NCBI GenBank assembly: GCA_028534125.1
Contig: CM052816.1
Location: 21,950,001-22,014,000, forward strand
DNA length: 64,000 nt
Reading direction: 5' to 3'
DNA from: Lama glama
Taxonomy: Eukaryota
Below the pieces are notes generated by a model. The model ran no database searches. It was given only the letters and a program-made list of their open reading frames with translations, and was not told where the DNA came from. The position numbers and the translations under genes were made by a program. Of the stretch, positions 13,600 to 25,900 are shown in pieces; positions within the stretch are counted from its first letter, which is position 1; every line of letters starts with the position of its first letter.

Positions 13600-14250
13600 G
13601 ATACCCTGGGTTTTCAGGTTGAATAAAGTAAGGGAGAGGTACTTATAAGGCATGCTCACAGGCATAGCCTAAGGAAAGGGTATGGCTTATTTAGTGATTA
13701 TTGAGTTTCAGGATATGCATATAAGGGAATAGAAGGAAATGAGAAGTTGGGATAATACTGGAGCTCAGATTGCAAGCAGAGTTTTGTGTATATTAGGCAG
13801 CTGGGAACTAGTGGTGATATGATTCGATCAGCTTTGTGTTTTAGGATGTTATCTTAGATAACATTGTGACAAACAGATGGTACAGAGTTGGGAGGGACTG
13901 GAAGCAGGAGCCAATGAAGGCACTATTACATTTATTACAAGTTAGAGAAGGTAGATTATGACAGTAGCAGAAAGATGGAAAAGAAGGAGTTATATCTGGG
14001 AGAAAAGGATTCAGTGTTTGAATATGGAATGTGAAGGAGAAGGAGTTGTAGCTGAATCTACTCTGTTGGAAGATTGGGGCATGGGTGATGGCAGGGCCGT
14101 TAACCGAGGTAATGAATACAAGAGAGAAGAGTAGGCATGGGGGAGAAAATAAGGAGGTTTAGCTGTACTTAATAAGTTTGTGCTACCTTGACGTCCAGTT
14201 AGAGGTTTCCTAGTAGGCAAGACAGTTGAAGCTAGAGATAAAGATTTTGA
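13600..14250 (-). mobile_element. Degenerate LINE-2
   Basis: Purine-rich L2-like text including gggaactagtggtgatatgattcgatc and ggtttcctagtaggc. Confidence 0.55.
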
Positions 14251-16644
14251 AATCTTTATATCAATACATTACAGTCATCTGTGAAGGTGTTTTATTTTTT
14301 ATTTTTTGAAGGTTCATTTTACTGAGGTATAATTTACATGCATTCAGATTCTTTTTTAGGTTTACAGGGTTTTTTTAGGTTTTACAAATGTATAGTTATA
14401 TAATCACCACAACTGAGATATAGAACAATTCTGTCCCTCAAGAAGTTCCCCCGTACCCATTTTATAGTGATTCTTGCCTGCTCCACATCCAGTTCCTGAC
14501 AACCAATTATTGATCTGATTTTTGTCTGTATAGTTTGTCCTTTTCAGAATGTCATATTAAATGAAATCATACATTATATAGCCTTTTGTATCAGATCCTT
14601 TTACTTAATATAAATACTCTTGTGATTCATTCATGTTATTGCATGTATTAGTAGTTCGTTTTGGCCGCTGAGTAGTATTCCATTATGTACATGAACGTTT
14701 TTAAAAGACATATATACTTGGGCTCCCATACTATATCTGAATTCAGAAAGATGGCTAGAAAATGGTAATTTGTTGGAAACAGGATGAGATGAGTGTGTCA
14801 GGGAATAGAGTGCAAGGAGATAACAGTGTCAGATGTTGTACACATGTTGAGTGGGGCATTTAGAGGCTGTGCTTGGGTAACTTTTTCAACTTTGGTTTAG
14901 AAGGGAAGGAAATGTGGCAATAGCCTAACATCTAGTTTTTTAGAGATAAATGGGTGGAAGAAACAAACTAGAGTTATAAGAAACAGGCAAGATTGAACAA
15001 GAGACCATAAGAGGTGGAATCAACTCTATAGACTTGGAGAGGAAGAGGAACAGCTTTCCTTTTAAGGTGAAAAAGGAAGGTAATATGATTGGGCTCTGTT
15101 ACAGGTGATCTAAGGATGATGGAGAAATGGTTAGAAAATTTGTGAGCATTGATATGAAAAGAAATAAACAGTCATTAATAGTTTTGTGGTAATGGCATGA
15201 TGAATCACTAAATTCCTAGAAAGTGAGTCTGGAATAAGGTGGAACAGGAGAGCTTAAAGTTTAAAAAAAAAAAAAGGGCTGTATCCACATATAATATCTT
15301 GAGGGCTTGGACTTTTAGGATTGTCATGAGAAAGGAAGGTTGATAGATACTAGAGATATTTATATTTTGTTGCGGTTTAGAGGTTATTTTGAGAATTGTT
15401 AGCACTTTAAACTATTAGCTAAAATGTTATTTAAAGAAAGATTGAATAACCTAGTGGAATTGGCATCATTGAGATTAATTCTTAATTTTCCAAGCTTTTG
15501 CTTTTATTGTATGTGCCTGTAGGATCACCACTGTGATTCTAAACTAATTTATTTTCGTCTTATTTGTGAACCCTGAATAATACATAACACAAGACTCCTC
15601 TAAAACCTGTTTCTGTATTTTAGACAGCATCTCAGTTTTCAGGTACTCTAAGCTGATAATAAAAAATGAATCCTAATTTTTTCCTTTTTGGGAATTCAGA
15701 ATACTTTGATGGTGGAGTGATGTTTGCTTTCTTTCAAATAACCTCTTGATTTTCATAAGTCCTGAAGCATTTTGTGAGTTAAAAGACCATTCAAAACAAT
15801 GGCCTTCGGGTTGATTATTAAATTCATAAATTACCAGCAGGCTGACTTTAAAACTTTACTTCTGTTTCTTCTAGAACTTAGAAGTTAAACTTATTGGCAA
15901 GCTGTTAGCTAAAAAAGGGATGTTACTGGATTTATCTGCATATTTTATTCAGTTTTTCATATCCACAAAAAAGCTGAGATTTTTCTCAACCTGAAAATAG
16001 ATAAAACCTATTAATGTACAGATCATTTTAGACGTGTGGTAAAGACAAAGAGAAAGGAAAAAGATTTTGCTCTAGAAGCTGTCAATTCTTTCCTGCTGAT
16101 TTTCAAAATTACATTTCTGTTCCTGACTTTCCAGCAGAGATATATCCAAATACATGTTGTAGTTTCCTTTAGGATATCTTCTTTTGGACATCCCACCAAT
16201 GCTTTAGAATAATTACAAAATCAAATTGTTTAGGTTTCTTATTTCTGCCACCGGGTTATTTTGAGAAATAGTTAGCACTGCCCTAATACCACATTTAATC
16301 ATTCATGAATTATTTTTGATTCTTGCTTTCTCAAATCCTTTTTTGACCATTGGCATTACCATCCTACTGGACCCATTACCTAGATCCAGCCCTGGTAATT
16401 TCAGACTGGTTCTCTCTGTTGCTTTTTTAACAGCACCTATATTGTGTTACTCTCTTCCTAAAGAATATGTGATGTTCTTGGTTTTTCGATTTTTGGGTTT
16501 TTTGTTCATATCTGAAACTTTTAGAATTCTAGTATCTTAGAGTTTCATTGGGTGAATTTTACCTTTTCATTCTTATTTTCCAAATCTCTACACAATCTTT
16601 GGGTTTAGTAGGCCAGTAATCCTGCTGTTTATATTTTACTCTCA

Positions 16645-16980
16645 TCTTTTTTTAATTGAAGTGTAGTCAGTTTACAATGTTGTGTCAATGTCTGATGTAC
16701 AGAATAATAGTTCAATCATACATGTACATAAATATGTTTATTTTAATATTCTTTTTCATTATAGGTTACTACAAGATATTGAATATAGTTCCTTATGCTA
16801 CACAGTATAAACTTGTTGTTTATCTATTTGATATATAGTAGTTAGTATCTGCAAATCTTATACTCCCAATTTATCCCTTCCCATCTCCCTCCCTCTTGGT
16901 TACCATAAGTTTGTTTTCTATATCTGTGAATCTGTTTCTTTTTTGTAAATAAGTTCATTGTCTCTTTTTTGGATTTCACT
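16645..16980 (-). mobile_element. L1 3' UTR fragment
   Basis: tttttttaattgaagtgtagtcagtttacaatgttg, same family as the copies at 5420 and 12135. Confidence 0.85.
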
Positions 16981-17115
16981 TTACTCTCATAAGTCCTCGT
17001 CAGTTTTGTGCTTGCCTCTTCATAGCACATTGCCCCCTCAAATATAGAAAGTTCTAAAGAATTTAGGATATATCTTATATCATAATACTTCATCATGTAA
17101 TGATTAATATTTTAG

Positions 17116-17228
17116 GTAATTAGGTTTATTTATTTATTTATTTTAATGGAGATACTGGGGATTGAACCCAGGACCTCATCGTGCATGCTAGGCACACACT
17201 CTGCCCCTGAGCTATACTCTCCCCTTTC
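17116..17228 (-). mobile_element. tRNA-Ala-derived SINE (camelid Vic-1 type) with 14-bp TSD
   Basis: Minus strand reads gtatagctcaggggcagag...tagcatgcacgatgaggtcctgggttcaatccccagtatctcca plus (taaa)n. TSD gattaatattttag at 17102-17115 and 17229-17242. Confidence 0.88.
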
Positions 17229-19021
17229 GATTAATATTTTAGTATATACCCTATCTTCTTAGATTATAGGCTCTTTGGGGCTTGGGTTGGCTGTTTTTAC
17301 CTCTACCTCTACAAAAGCCAGTTTTGACTTTTATGTATAGTAATAATAAAAGCATATACCTGGAATACTAATATTTCTGGAAGCATAGAATACGTACATG
17401 TATGTATTTTTATATCTTCTCATAAGCTTATTGTTGGCCAGGCACAGAATAGGTCTCTAATTTAAGTGTGTTCAACAAGTAAAATGCAATTAGTTAGTTA
17501 ATAAAAGCCATCTTTAATTGTATATTTACAGTATGCCAGATATTGTGCTAAATGCTTCATACATATTAAGCTCCTCTAAATCCTTACAATAATTGCATGG
17601 CATAAGTATTTTTATTTACATAAAGAATTGTAATATTTAGCAATATAGCTAATAAATGACAGAACTGGGACTTGTACCTTGGTCTGTTTTTAAAAGTACT
17701 CAATCACTGTGCTGTATTCCTTCCCATAATGTGTGTTTATATGAATTTATGTGTTTAAGACTTTTCAAATTATATTAGGCATCCTAAGACACTTTCATAT
17801 TTAAGTGCATGGCCATATATATGAAGCTTACTGTGTAAATTTACACTCCTAAAATACAGCAAAGTGGTCTACCCTATGTATTGCACTGTTAATAAAAAGT
17901 CTGATTTGACAGAAATCAGAGGGTAGTGTATAGCAGTCATAAATTCAAAATTGAATCTAGGGATTCTGAACCCAGAAAGGGAAAAAACTTGCCTGAGAAG
18001 TGAGACTCAAAATCAGACTATGTAACTGTGTCAGAGTACAAAACTAAAGTTTATAACAAAGACTGCAAGATACAGTAAACTAAGATAAAATGATTTCTCT
18101 CTCATATGATAGTGAAAACAAAAGAAAAGTAGATAGGTAGTTTTAGCAGGTAGACAGTGCAGTTGCATGAAGCCATCTAGTGATCCAAACTGATAGGTCT
18201 GCTAATATAGCTCTACCGTCTTCGTCATGTGATTTTTCTTTCTGAGTCCAAGGGGGCTACACTAATTATTGCTGTTTCCTAGCTATCAAGAAAAGGCAAG
18301 GGAAGTAGAAGGAAAAGCAGTTTGTACTTAGGGAGATAGCCTAGAAGTTGCACACACCTGTTCCTCTTGTAGTCCATTAACTTGAATTCAGTAATATGGC
18401 CACACTTAGATGCAAGGGAAGCTGGGAAATGTAGTCTCTAGTTCAGTAGCCATGTCCCTGTGAAAACTCTGGTAGTCTTACTATTAAAAGGAAAGGAGAA
18501 AGCAAACCCTAGGTCAGTAGTCTTAATTACAGTTTTTATTTTGTTTTCAATATGAATGGCTATAGAGATTTTAGGATATAATGATGAAGCCTTAATAATG
18601 TCTGATAACAATGACAGGGCTAAATGTGGGGCATTTGCTAGATAATGAGTAAGAGATAAGTTAGGTGTGCCAAGCAACAGTGGTGGTTAATTAGGCTTCT
18701 CTGTGGTGTTTCTGTTTTCCATTAGAAAGGCTTTTCTTTCTTGAAAAAGCAAGATTTTGGTGGGGGTAGGAATGCAAGATTGAAAAGTGGCCAGGAGAAT
18801 ATCTAGAAAATGTGGGATCTGGGAAAATGTAGGTGGTGGGACAGGGAACATTGCAAGGTCAAGCTACAGAGATTCTAGCTCAGCTGGAGGGAGTCTGCAC
18901 TAGAGGGAATAAACTAGAGGGCCTGAGTAACTTGAGGGGCAGGGATGGAAACATTTATTCTACAACTGAACAGAAAGATTTTTTGCTTTTTCTTTTTGAT
19001 TAATTAGTGTCTATATTTGTA

Positions 19022-19712
19022 TTTTTTAATTGAAGTATAGTTGATGTATATTAGTTTTTGATGTAGAACATAGTGATTCAGTATTTTCATAGATTGTACT
19101 CCTTTTAAAGTTAATACAAAATAATAGCTAGATTTTCCTGTGCTGTACAATGTAACCTTGTTGCTTATTTATTTTGTACATAGTAGTTTGTATCTCTTAA
19201 TCCCTTACCTCTATTTTGCCCTTCCCACCTTCCCTCTCCCCACTGGTAACCACTAGTTTGTTCTCTGTATCTGTGGGTCTGTTTCTGTTTTGTTGTATTC
19301 ATTTGTTTGTTTTATTTTTTTAGTTTCCACATATTAGTGATAAATAGAATATTTGTCTTTACCTGACTTATTTTACTAAGGTAATACCCTCCACATTGTT
19401 GCAGATGGCAGAATTCCATTCCTCTTTATGGCTGAATAATATTCCTGTGTGTGTGTATGTGTGTGCGTGTGTGTCACATCGTCATTCTCTCACCATTTGA
19501 TGGACACTTAGGTTTCTCCCATATTTTGGCTATAGTAAATAATGCTGCTGTAAACATTGGGGTGCATATATCTTTTTGAATTAGTGTTTTCTTTTTTTTT
19601 CAGATATATAACTAGGACTGGGATTGCTGATCATATGATTGTTCTAGTTTTAGTTTTGTTGAGGAACTTCAATACTGTTTTCCATAGTGGCTGTACCAAT
19701 TTACATTCCTAC
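19022..19712 (-). mobile_element. L1 3' end containing a (TG)n tract at ~19446-19474
   Basis: ttttttaattgaagtatagttgat...ccactggtaaccactagtttgttctc...actgttttccatagtggctgtacc. Confidence 0.85.
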
Positions 19713-19837
19713 TTTTTTGCTTTTATATTTTAATGACAGTGGGCAAAGGAAGACTGTTACTGTCTTTGTACTGCAAGCTGTATCCCCATTCCACACAGGT
19801 AGATATTGTACTTCCTCTGTGAATACATTTTCTTTAT

Positions 19838-20382
19838 TGTGTTGGGGATGCCCGCAATACCACCCCATGTTCAGTAATTCACTGCAGAAACTCACAGGAA
19901 TCAGCATATAGTCAAACTCAGAGCTAAAGTTTACTACAGGAAAGGATACAAAGCTTACACAAATCAGCAAAGGAAAAGGCATATGGAGCAAGGTCTGGAG
20001 AAAGCTAGGTGCAAACTTCCAAGCGTCGTTTCCCAGTAGAGTCACACAGGATGCATTTAAATTCTCCAGCAATGATGTGCTATTATTGGGGACTGGTCAC
20101 ATAGTGCCCAAGGTTTTTATTAGATACTGGTCATGTAGGAACCTCTGACCAGCATGTACCGAAATCCAGCCTCCCAGAACAAAAGCAGGTATTCCTGCAT
20201 AAACATATTTTGTACAGTTGTTTAGTCATAGTAAACCACACTTATCACTTAGGGAATGTTTCATGTTAGTATAGAGAACTGTTTACCAGTCAAGTTTCCA
20301 GAAACCAGCCAACGGCCAGTCTTACAGACAGGTCTTTCTAAGGATGGCAGTCAAGTTTGCCATGCTAACTTCTTTCTGCACA
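19838..20382. mobile_element. Solo LTR, MER21-like
   Basis: TG...CA ends. tgttggggatgcccgcaataccaccccatgttcagtaattcact...ctcacaggaatcagcatatagtc resembles MER21C as recalled. Confidence 0.65.
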
Positions 20383-21099
20383 CTTGTCTCTGACTTTATT
20401 CATGCAAGATTTCTAGGTTTCTTGTGGAATGAATGCCATGTCCCCAAGTAGGCAAAGTCAGAAGTAATAGTTTATGGACTGCTTTCTTGTTGATTATCTT
20501 ATTTAACTCTCCCCACAACTCTGTGATTGAGATAAGTGGAGGAGAGAACTTTTATTAACCATTTTATAGACAAGCAAATAGAAGTTTAAATAAGGAACTT
20601 AAATGATGTCCAAAACAAATAAAGTTTGAAGGCTAGGTTCTGTGAGTTCCAAATACTTTAAATTCTCTAAAAAATACTTACGCATTTAAATTTGATCATC
20701 ACTGAAAGGGAAAGTTAAAGGGAAAAAAGGGACATTTAAAGTTAAATGTTTTGTTAGCTTCCTGTAAAATCTCCCTAATACTTACGACTTGGACCCCTCT
20801 CCCCCAGTCTTGGAGAAAGAGAGAAAAGAGGATTGTATAGTAAGTTTATATTATGTTTAGAATATTATTTTCCTTTTTAAGAATAAAGAATTGGAAGCGA
20901 ATATTGAATGCATTACACCCTGGAATCACTGTGTACCTCAGAGTAAGTATGAGCAAGTACGTACTGAGATATTTTTATTTTATTCTCATTTTAAAAAAAA
21001 AGACCCATTAAAATCCTGTTTCTTGTTTCATTAACATTAAATTGATCTCAAGATAAAAAATTTTGTCAGAGTTCATTCAAAAATTAGTTTTTAGCTTTG

Positions 21100-21850
21100 A
21101 CCTAATAACAGGCTACTAAATATCAACCGTGGTGCTAGATGCTAGAATACAGCTGTGCACAAGTATGGTCCCATCCTCACAAAGCTTATGGTCCATAGAA
21201 ATGGAGACAATAAGTAGGCAGTTATGACGGAAGTCTGTTAACTGCCAGAATGGAGGATGTACAGAGTGTCAGTTTAGAGCTCTTTTGGAGTAGAGAGTGG
21301 GGTGCTATGGAGGCAAATTGGGAGGGGACCCTATTCCAGATGTAGGGTGGGGGATTGGAGTGATAAGGAAGGCTTCTTGTGGGAAATAATGTATAAGCTA
21401 AGACTGGGAAAATGAACCAGACTGGTAGAGGGAGGACAGGAAAAAGTGTCCTAGACCAGAGGAAAAACACAGTAAAGAAGACTGAAATGAAAACTTTGCA
21501 CTTAAAGAACTGGTTGAAGTGGATATGGACAGGGGTGAAGGAGAGAATAGGCAAAACCCAAATCTATTAAAAAGTTTTATCTTTATCATGAGAGCAATGC
21601 AGTATTAACCAGGAATTTTTAAGTAGGTGAATAATGTGTTGAGATTTTCCCACTTTGGGTACACTGGAGAATAAATTGGTGGAAAGCAGGAGAGGCTGGG
21701 AGATTAATTTAAGCAGTGAAATATTATGGTAGCCGAGACTAGGATAGTGGCAGTGTGATGGTGGTGGTGATCTCACTTGAGACATTTAGGAGCTAAAATA
21801 AACAGGACTTGGTGATTTAGGGATTTTTGGTTGAACATCTAAGTTAATAG
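21100..21850 (-). mobile_element. Degenerate LINE-2
   Basis: ggtgctagatgctagaatacag...tcacaaagcttatggtc...gacatttaggagctaaaataaacaggacttggtgat. Confidence 0.65.
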
Positions 21851-22714
21851 AGACTTTTTTAGGTTGACATTAGAGAAATAAACTTCTAATTAATTCGACT
21901 ACTGGCTTTCCTGTTTTTTTCCTGTTTTGAAACATTCGTTTTTCTTGCATTGTTTCTTAGTGTTGTGGTACTTTACTGATTTTTGAGCTAGTGGACATCA
22001 AACTTTTCTCTGGCTATTCTTTTCTATCCTGAAACTTTTCCATGGAAAAATAGATCACGTTCTGCTGCAAGATTATGAAGGTTATCAAGCAATTTTTCAT
22101 TCCTTGCGGGAGAGGGTATCCAAACCTGGAAAGTCAAAGAAGTGGTTATTGAAATGAATGTGAAGTTTTGGTACCAGACTAGAGATGTAGAAGAGTATAA
22201 TGTGAAAGTAAAGGTCTCCTTTCCTTTGTTCAATTTCCAGTTTTATTTCCTGTGATTTTCTTAACAGTTAATTGTGTATCTTTGTGTTAAGTTTCTTATT
22301 TATCTTTCATGAAAATGTTTAATGCACGTCAAGTATGTTAATATATTTTTTGCCTCCACTCTCATGGTTTACGTATTGTTTTGGACCTTGTTTTCTTCAC
22401 ATAATAATTACCTTGAGGATCTTCGTATACAACTCTGTCTTATCCTTTTAAAGGCTTACACAGTGTTTCACTGAATGAATGTACTGTAGTTTATTTATCA
22501 AGTCTCCTGTTGATGGGCATTTTAATTGTTTTTGTTTTTTTCCCTTTAATTTAGTGCTGCAGTAAATGCTAATATCTGAGTATATTAAACCCAGATTTGT
22601 ATCACAAGTCTGTTGTGTATGAGCCCTGTAAAATTATTCAACTTACTATTATGTCTGAATGCAGACTTAGACAATCAAAGATGAATTCTTAAAAATTTAC
22701 TTAAGTTTTAAGTG

Positions 22715-22998
22715 AAGTCTGAAAGAGAAAGAGAAATACTGCATAATATCACTTATATGTGGAACCAAGGAAATAATACAGATGAATCTATTTACAAAAC
22801 AGAAACAGACTCACAGACATAGAAAACAAATTTATGGTTACCAAAGAGGAAAGGGCAGGGAAGGGATAATTTGCAGTACAGGATTAACAGATACACACTA
22901 CTGTAAAATAGATCAACAGCAAGGATTTACTGTATAGCCCAGGGACTATATTCAGTATCTTCTAATAACCTATAGTGGAAAATAATTTGGAGAAATAT
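22715..22998 (+). mobile_element. L1 3' UTR fragment
   Basis: atcacttatatgtggaa...acaaaacagaaacagactcacagacatagaaaacaaatttatggttacc. Confidence 0.85.
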
Positions 22999-25900
22999 AT
23001 ATATAAAACTGAAAAAAATAGACAAGTTTTTATAGCAATTTTAGGTACCCAGAAAAATTGAGCAGAAGTTAGAGATTTCTGCCCCCTCCACAACACATGA
23101 AAGATGGATTTTAAAAGTTTTCTTGCTAATGAATTGTGGAGAAACTCTAGAACTATTGTGGCAGATATTTTTACATCTCAACAAGTACCAGGATTATTAG
23201 AATTAATTATGAAGTATAATTAAAATAAATGAAGTTTTAGATTATATAACTAGGACAAAAAGGCATTGTACTTGGAAAGACACTTCCAGTAACATGTCAG
23301 TAATTCACCGAATATTTACTGAAATTTTGATATGTCTGACTGTTTTAAGTGTTGAGATAAAACACTATCCCTGTGCTAATCATAGAGATAGTACTATCTT
23401 ATAGACGACATAGCAGTCTAAGGACTGGGCAAGTTAAAGCACTTTTCTAAGATCGAAGTCAGTCAGTATGTGGCAGAGTTGGGATTTAAAGCCAAGTTTG
23501 GCTGATTCAGAGCCCATTCTCCTGTTTTTTTTTGTCATTTTGGGTGTGGGTAATGATTCTTGGTTTCAGCATGTTGTTTGTTAGGATTTGGGTTAATAGC
23601 TCATTGTATTAAGACATTTCTATTATTGCATTAGTCACATCAGCATAACAGACAGATGCACCCTTCAGTTTTTCTGGAAGAACATACTGATATATGTTAA
23701 AATGAAAACCCAGTGAAAGAGTGTTTTTTACAGCAAGCTGAAATGTATATTTCATGAACCAACTGAGTAATGTAACTTGGTAGTTTAATCGAAGTTTATA
23801 AATTCAGAGAGAGTGTTTTGTGTTAGACTTGTCTGTCTGAATTCAACATAGAGTTCCGATTTGTGAGTCAGTTTTCATACTGATCTTTCTGGGTGATCAT
23901 TAGGGCCTTCTTTTTAGTTGCTTGTCATCTGAGTAGAACACAGGCTTTATGTGACTTTGAAGAATGTGTGTGAGTACTTATCTGAAATGGCAGAGTTGGG
24001 ACACGAGAAATTGAGAAAGAAGCATTTCTGTTTTCTTGTTTATCAGATGAGCCTGAATACCTTATAGATGGTGATTGTTGAAGAGTTGGGGTCTAGCTAT
24101 GGTTGCCCGAGCACTCTGCGTAGGACATGCACTTGTTGAGTTAAAGAACCCTTAAAAAAAAAAAAAAGGTGATATTCCTAGTCTGCACCAACTGCCAGGA
24201 TAGCACTAGTTTACAGAATACTTAGATTGATTTTCCTTAATTATAAATTTATAGTAGAAGAGATAAAGGGATTGGAAATGTGCTGTAATTTGCTTCTGTA
24301 AAAATCCCAGACTGTTCAGTGAAACAAAAGAACAGGATGTCACTTGTGAAATGGTAGGACTAGACAGCTAGAGCCTTTTGCAAAAATAGATTTTGTCATG
24401 GGCAGTAGATTTCTAAAAGGCTCCCAGTCCCTTGGTCCTGTTGCTAAGATTAAGCCTTTTTGCATTGCAGCATGGAGAGGCTTTCATTTGAGTTAAATTC
24501 AGCCTTCTTGGTATGTCACCTGATGGTCTTGTGGTTTCAGATGAATATGGTTCATTGCTATTATTAACCTGACTTGGCAGTTGTGCATAACTGGACTTTT
24601 AAGTGAGTTTGAAGAGTGGAATTGCTTAAGAGAAATAGAGATGCTACTGGCATACAACTTAACTTAAAATGCTATTTTCAAATGTTGTTAACATCAGAAT
24701 CTACCCAAATCTAATTATGAATTTAATGATGTAACAATTTAATCAGAGATTAAAGAGATTTTAGGTGTATATATATAAAAGTTGAATAAAATTATGGTAA
24801 TAAATATAATTAGAAGGACTTCTTGAGAGTGTTTTGAGCAGGTGGTAATCATTATTTTAAAATATCTAATTTATAAATGTTATATGTTAGTCTTTGGTCC
24901 ATGTGTGTCTTATTTCTTGTTCGGTCATTTAGTGCTCTTCTTTCTCATATTTACATAGGAACACTCACTACAGCTATTTGAAGGGCATTGTGTTTTTGTT
25001 ATGCACATATTTATAAGTAAAATTTGAATTAAAAACATGACATTTTATTAGTCAGCTTACTGATCACAATCCAACTTTTTTATACTTAATGTTATTCTTT
25101 AATTCTACTGATATGAACCTGAGTTTATTTGGTAGTGTTTTAGATGCTCTAGTAAACATCTTAACTATGGGTCTCCATGTAATCATTTAAGACTTGAATT
25201 AAATAATTTGAATTAATAATGAATTTAGACTAAAGTTACATTGTTTTTATATTTTAAGTGAATCCCGCTGTGGAAGTCTAAAAATATTTTTTCAATGTAT
25301 GTAACCCAGTTAAACAACTTCGATACTGGCTCTTTCGATTGTTTTAGCTCTTTTTAACATTCTTCTTCTTGACTGCAGTTTAAGTTCTCAGGTATATAGA
25401 ATTAATGTCAGAAAGTTAAAGAGCCACGTAGGTCAGGTATATTTCAATTAGGGATATGTGTTGCTGAAAAATACTAAGTATAATAATGATAGCAGATATG
25501 ACACATGGTATCCTCTCCTAGTATAGAAATTTGCTGTTGCTGAGATTCCATTTCACAAAGAATTCATGTTATAGACTGTCTTTTCCTTCTCTGAAATACT
25601 TTATGTAAAATTTTACTTTGTACATAAGATTTTGTACATGTTAGATTATGGGTAAGTATAAATGGATTTGGGGATCTTAACTAATGCTGGTAATAATCGT
25701 TTATATTTTTATCTTATAGTATTTTTTTGCTTTATTACCTTACTTGATTAGATAATGACGGTAATCCTATAGCCAAGTGGCTGACTATACTCGTCATTGA
25801 AATGCTAATGACATTCATTAGGATTGGATTTCATTAATATTCTAGGTATAATTGAATTTAGTATGACTGAAAATAAACAATTAAAGATTAACTAATCTTA

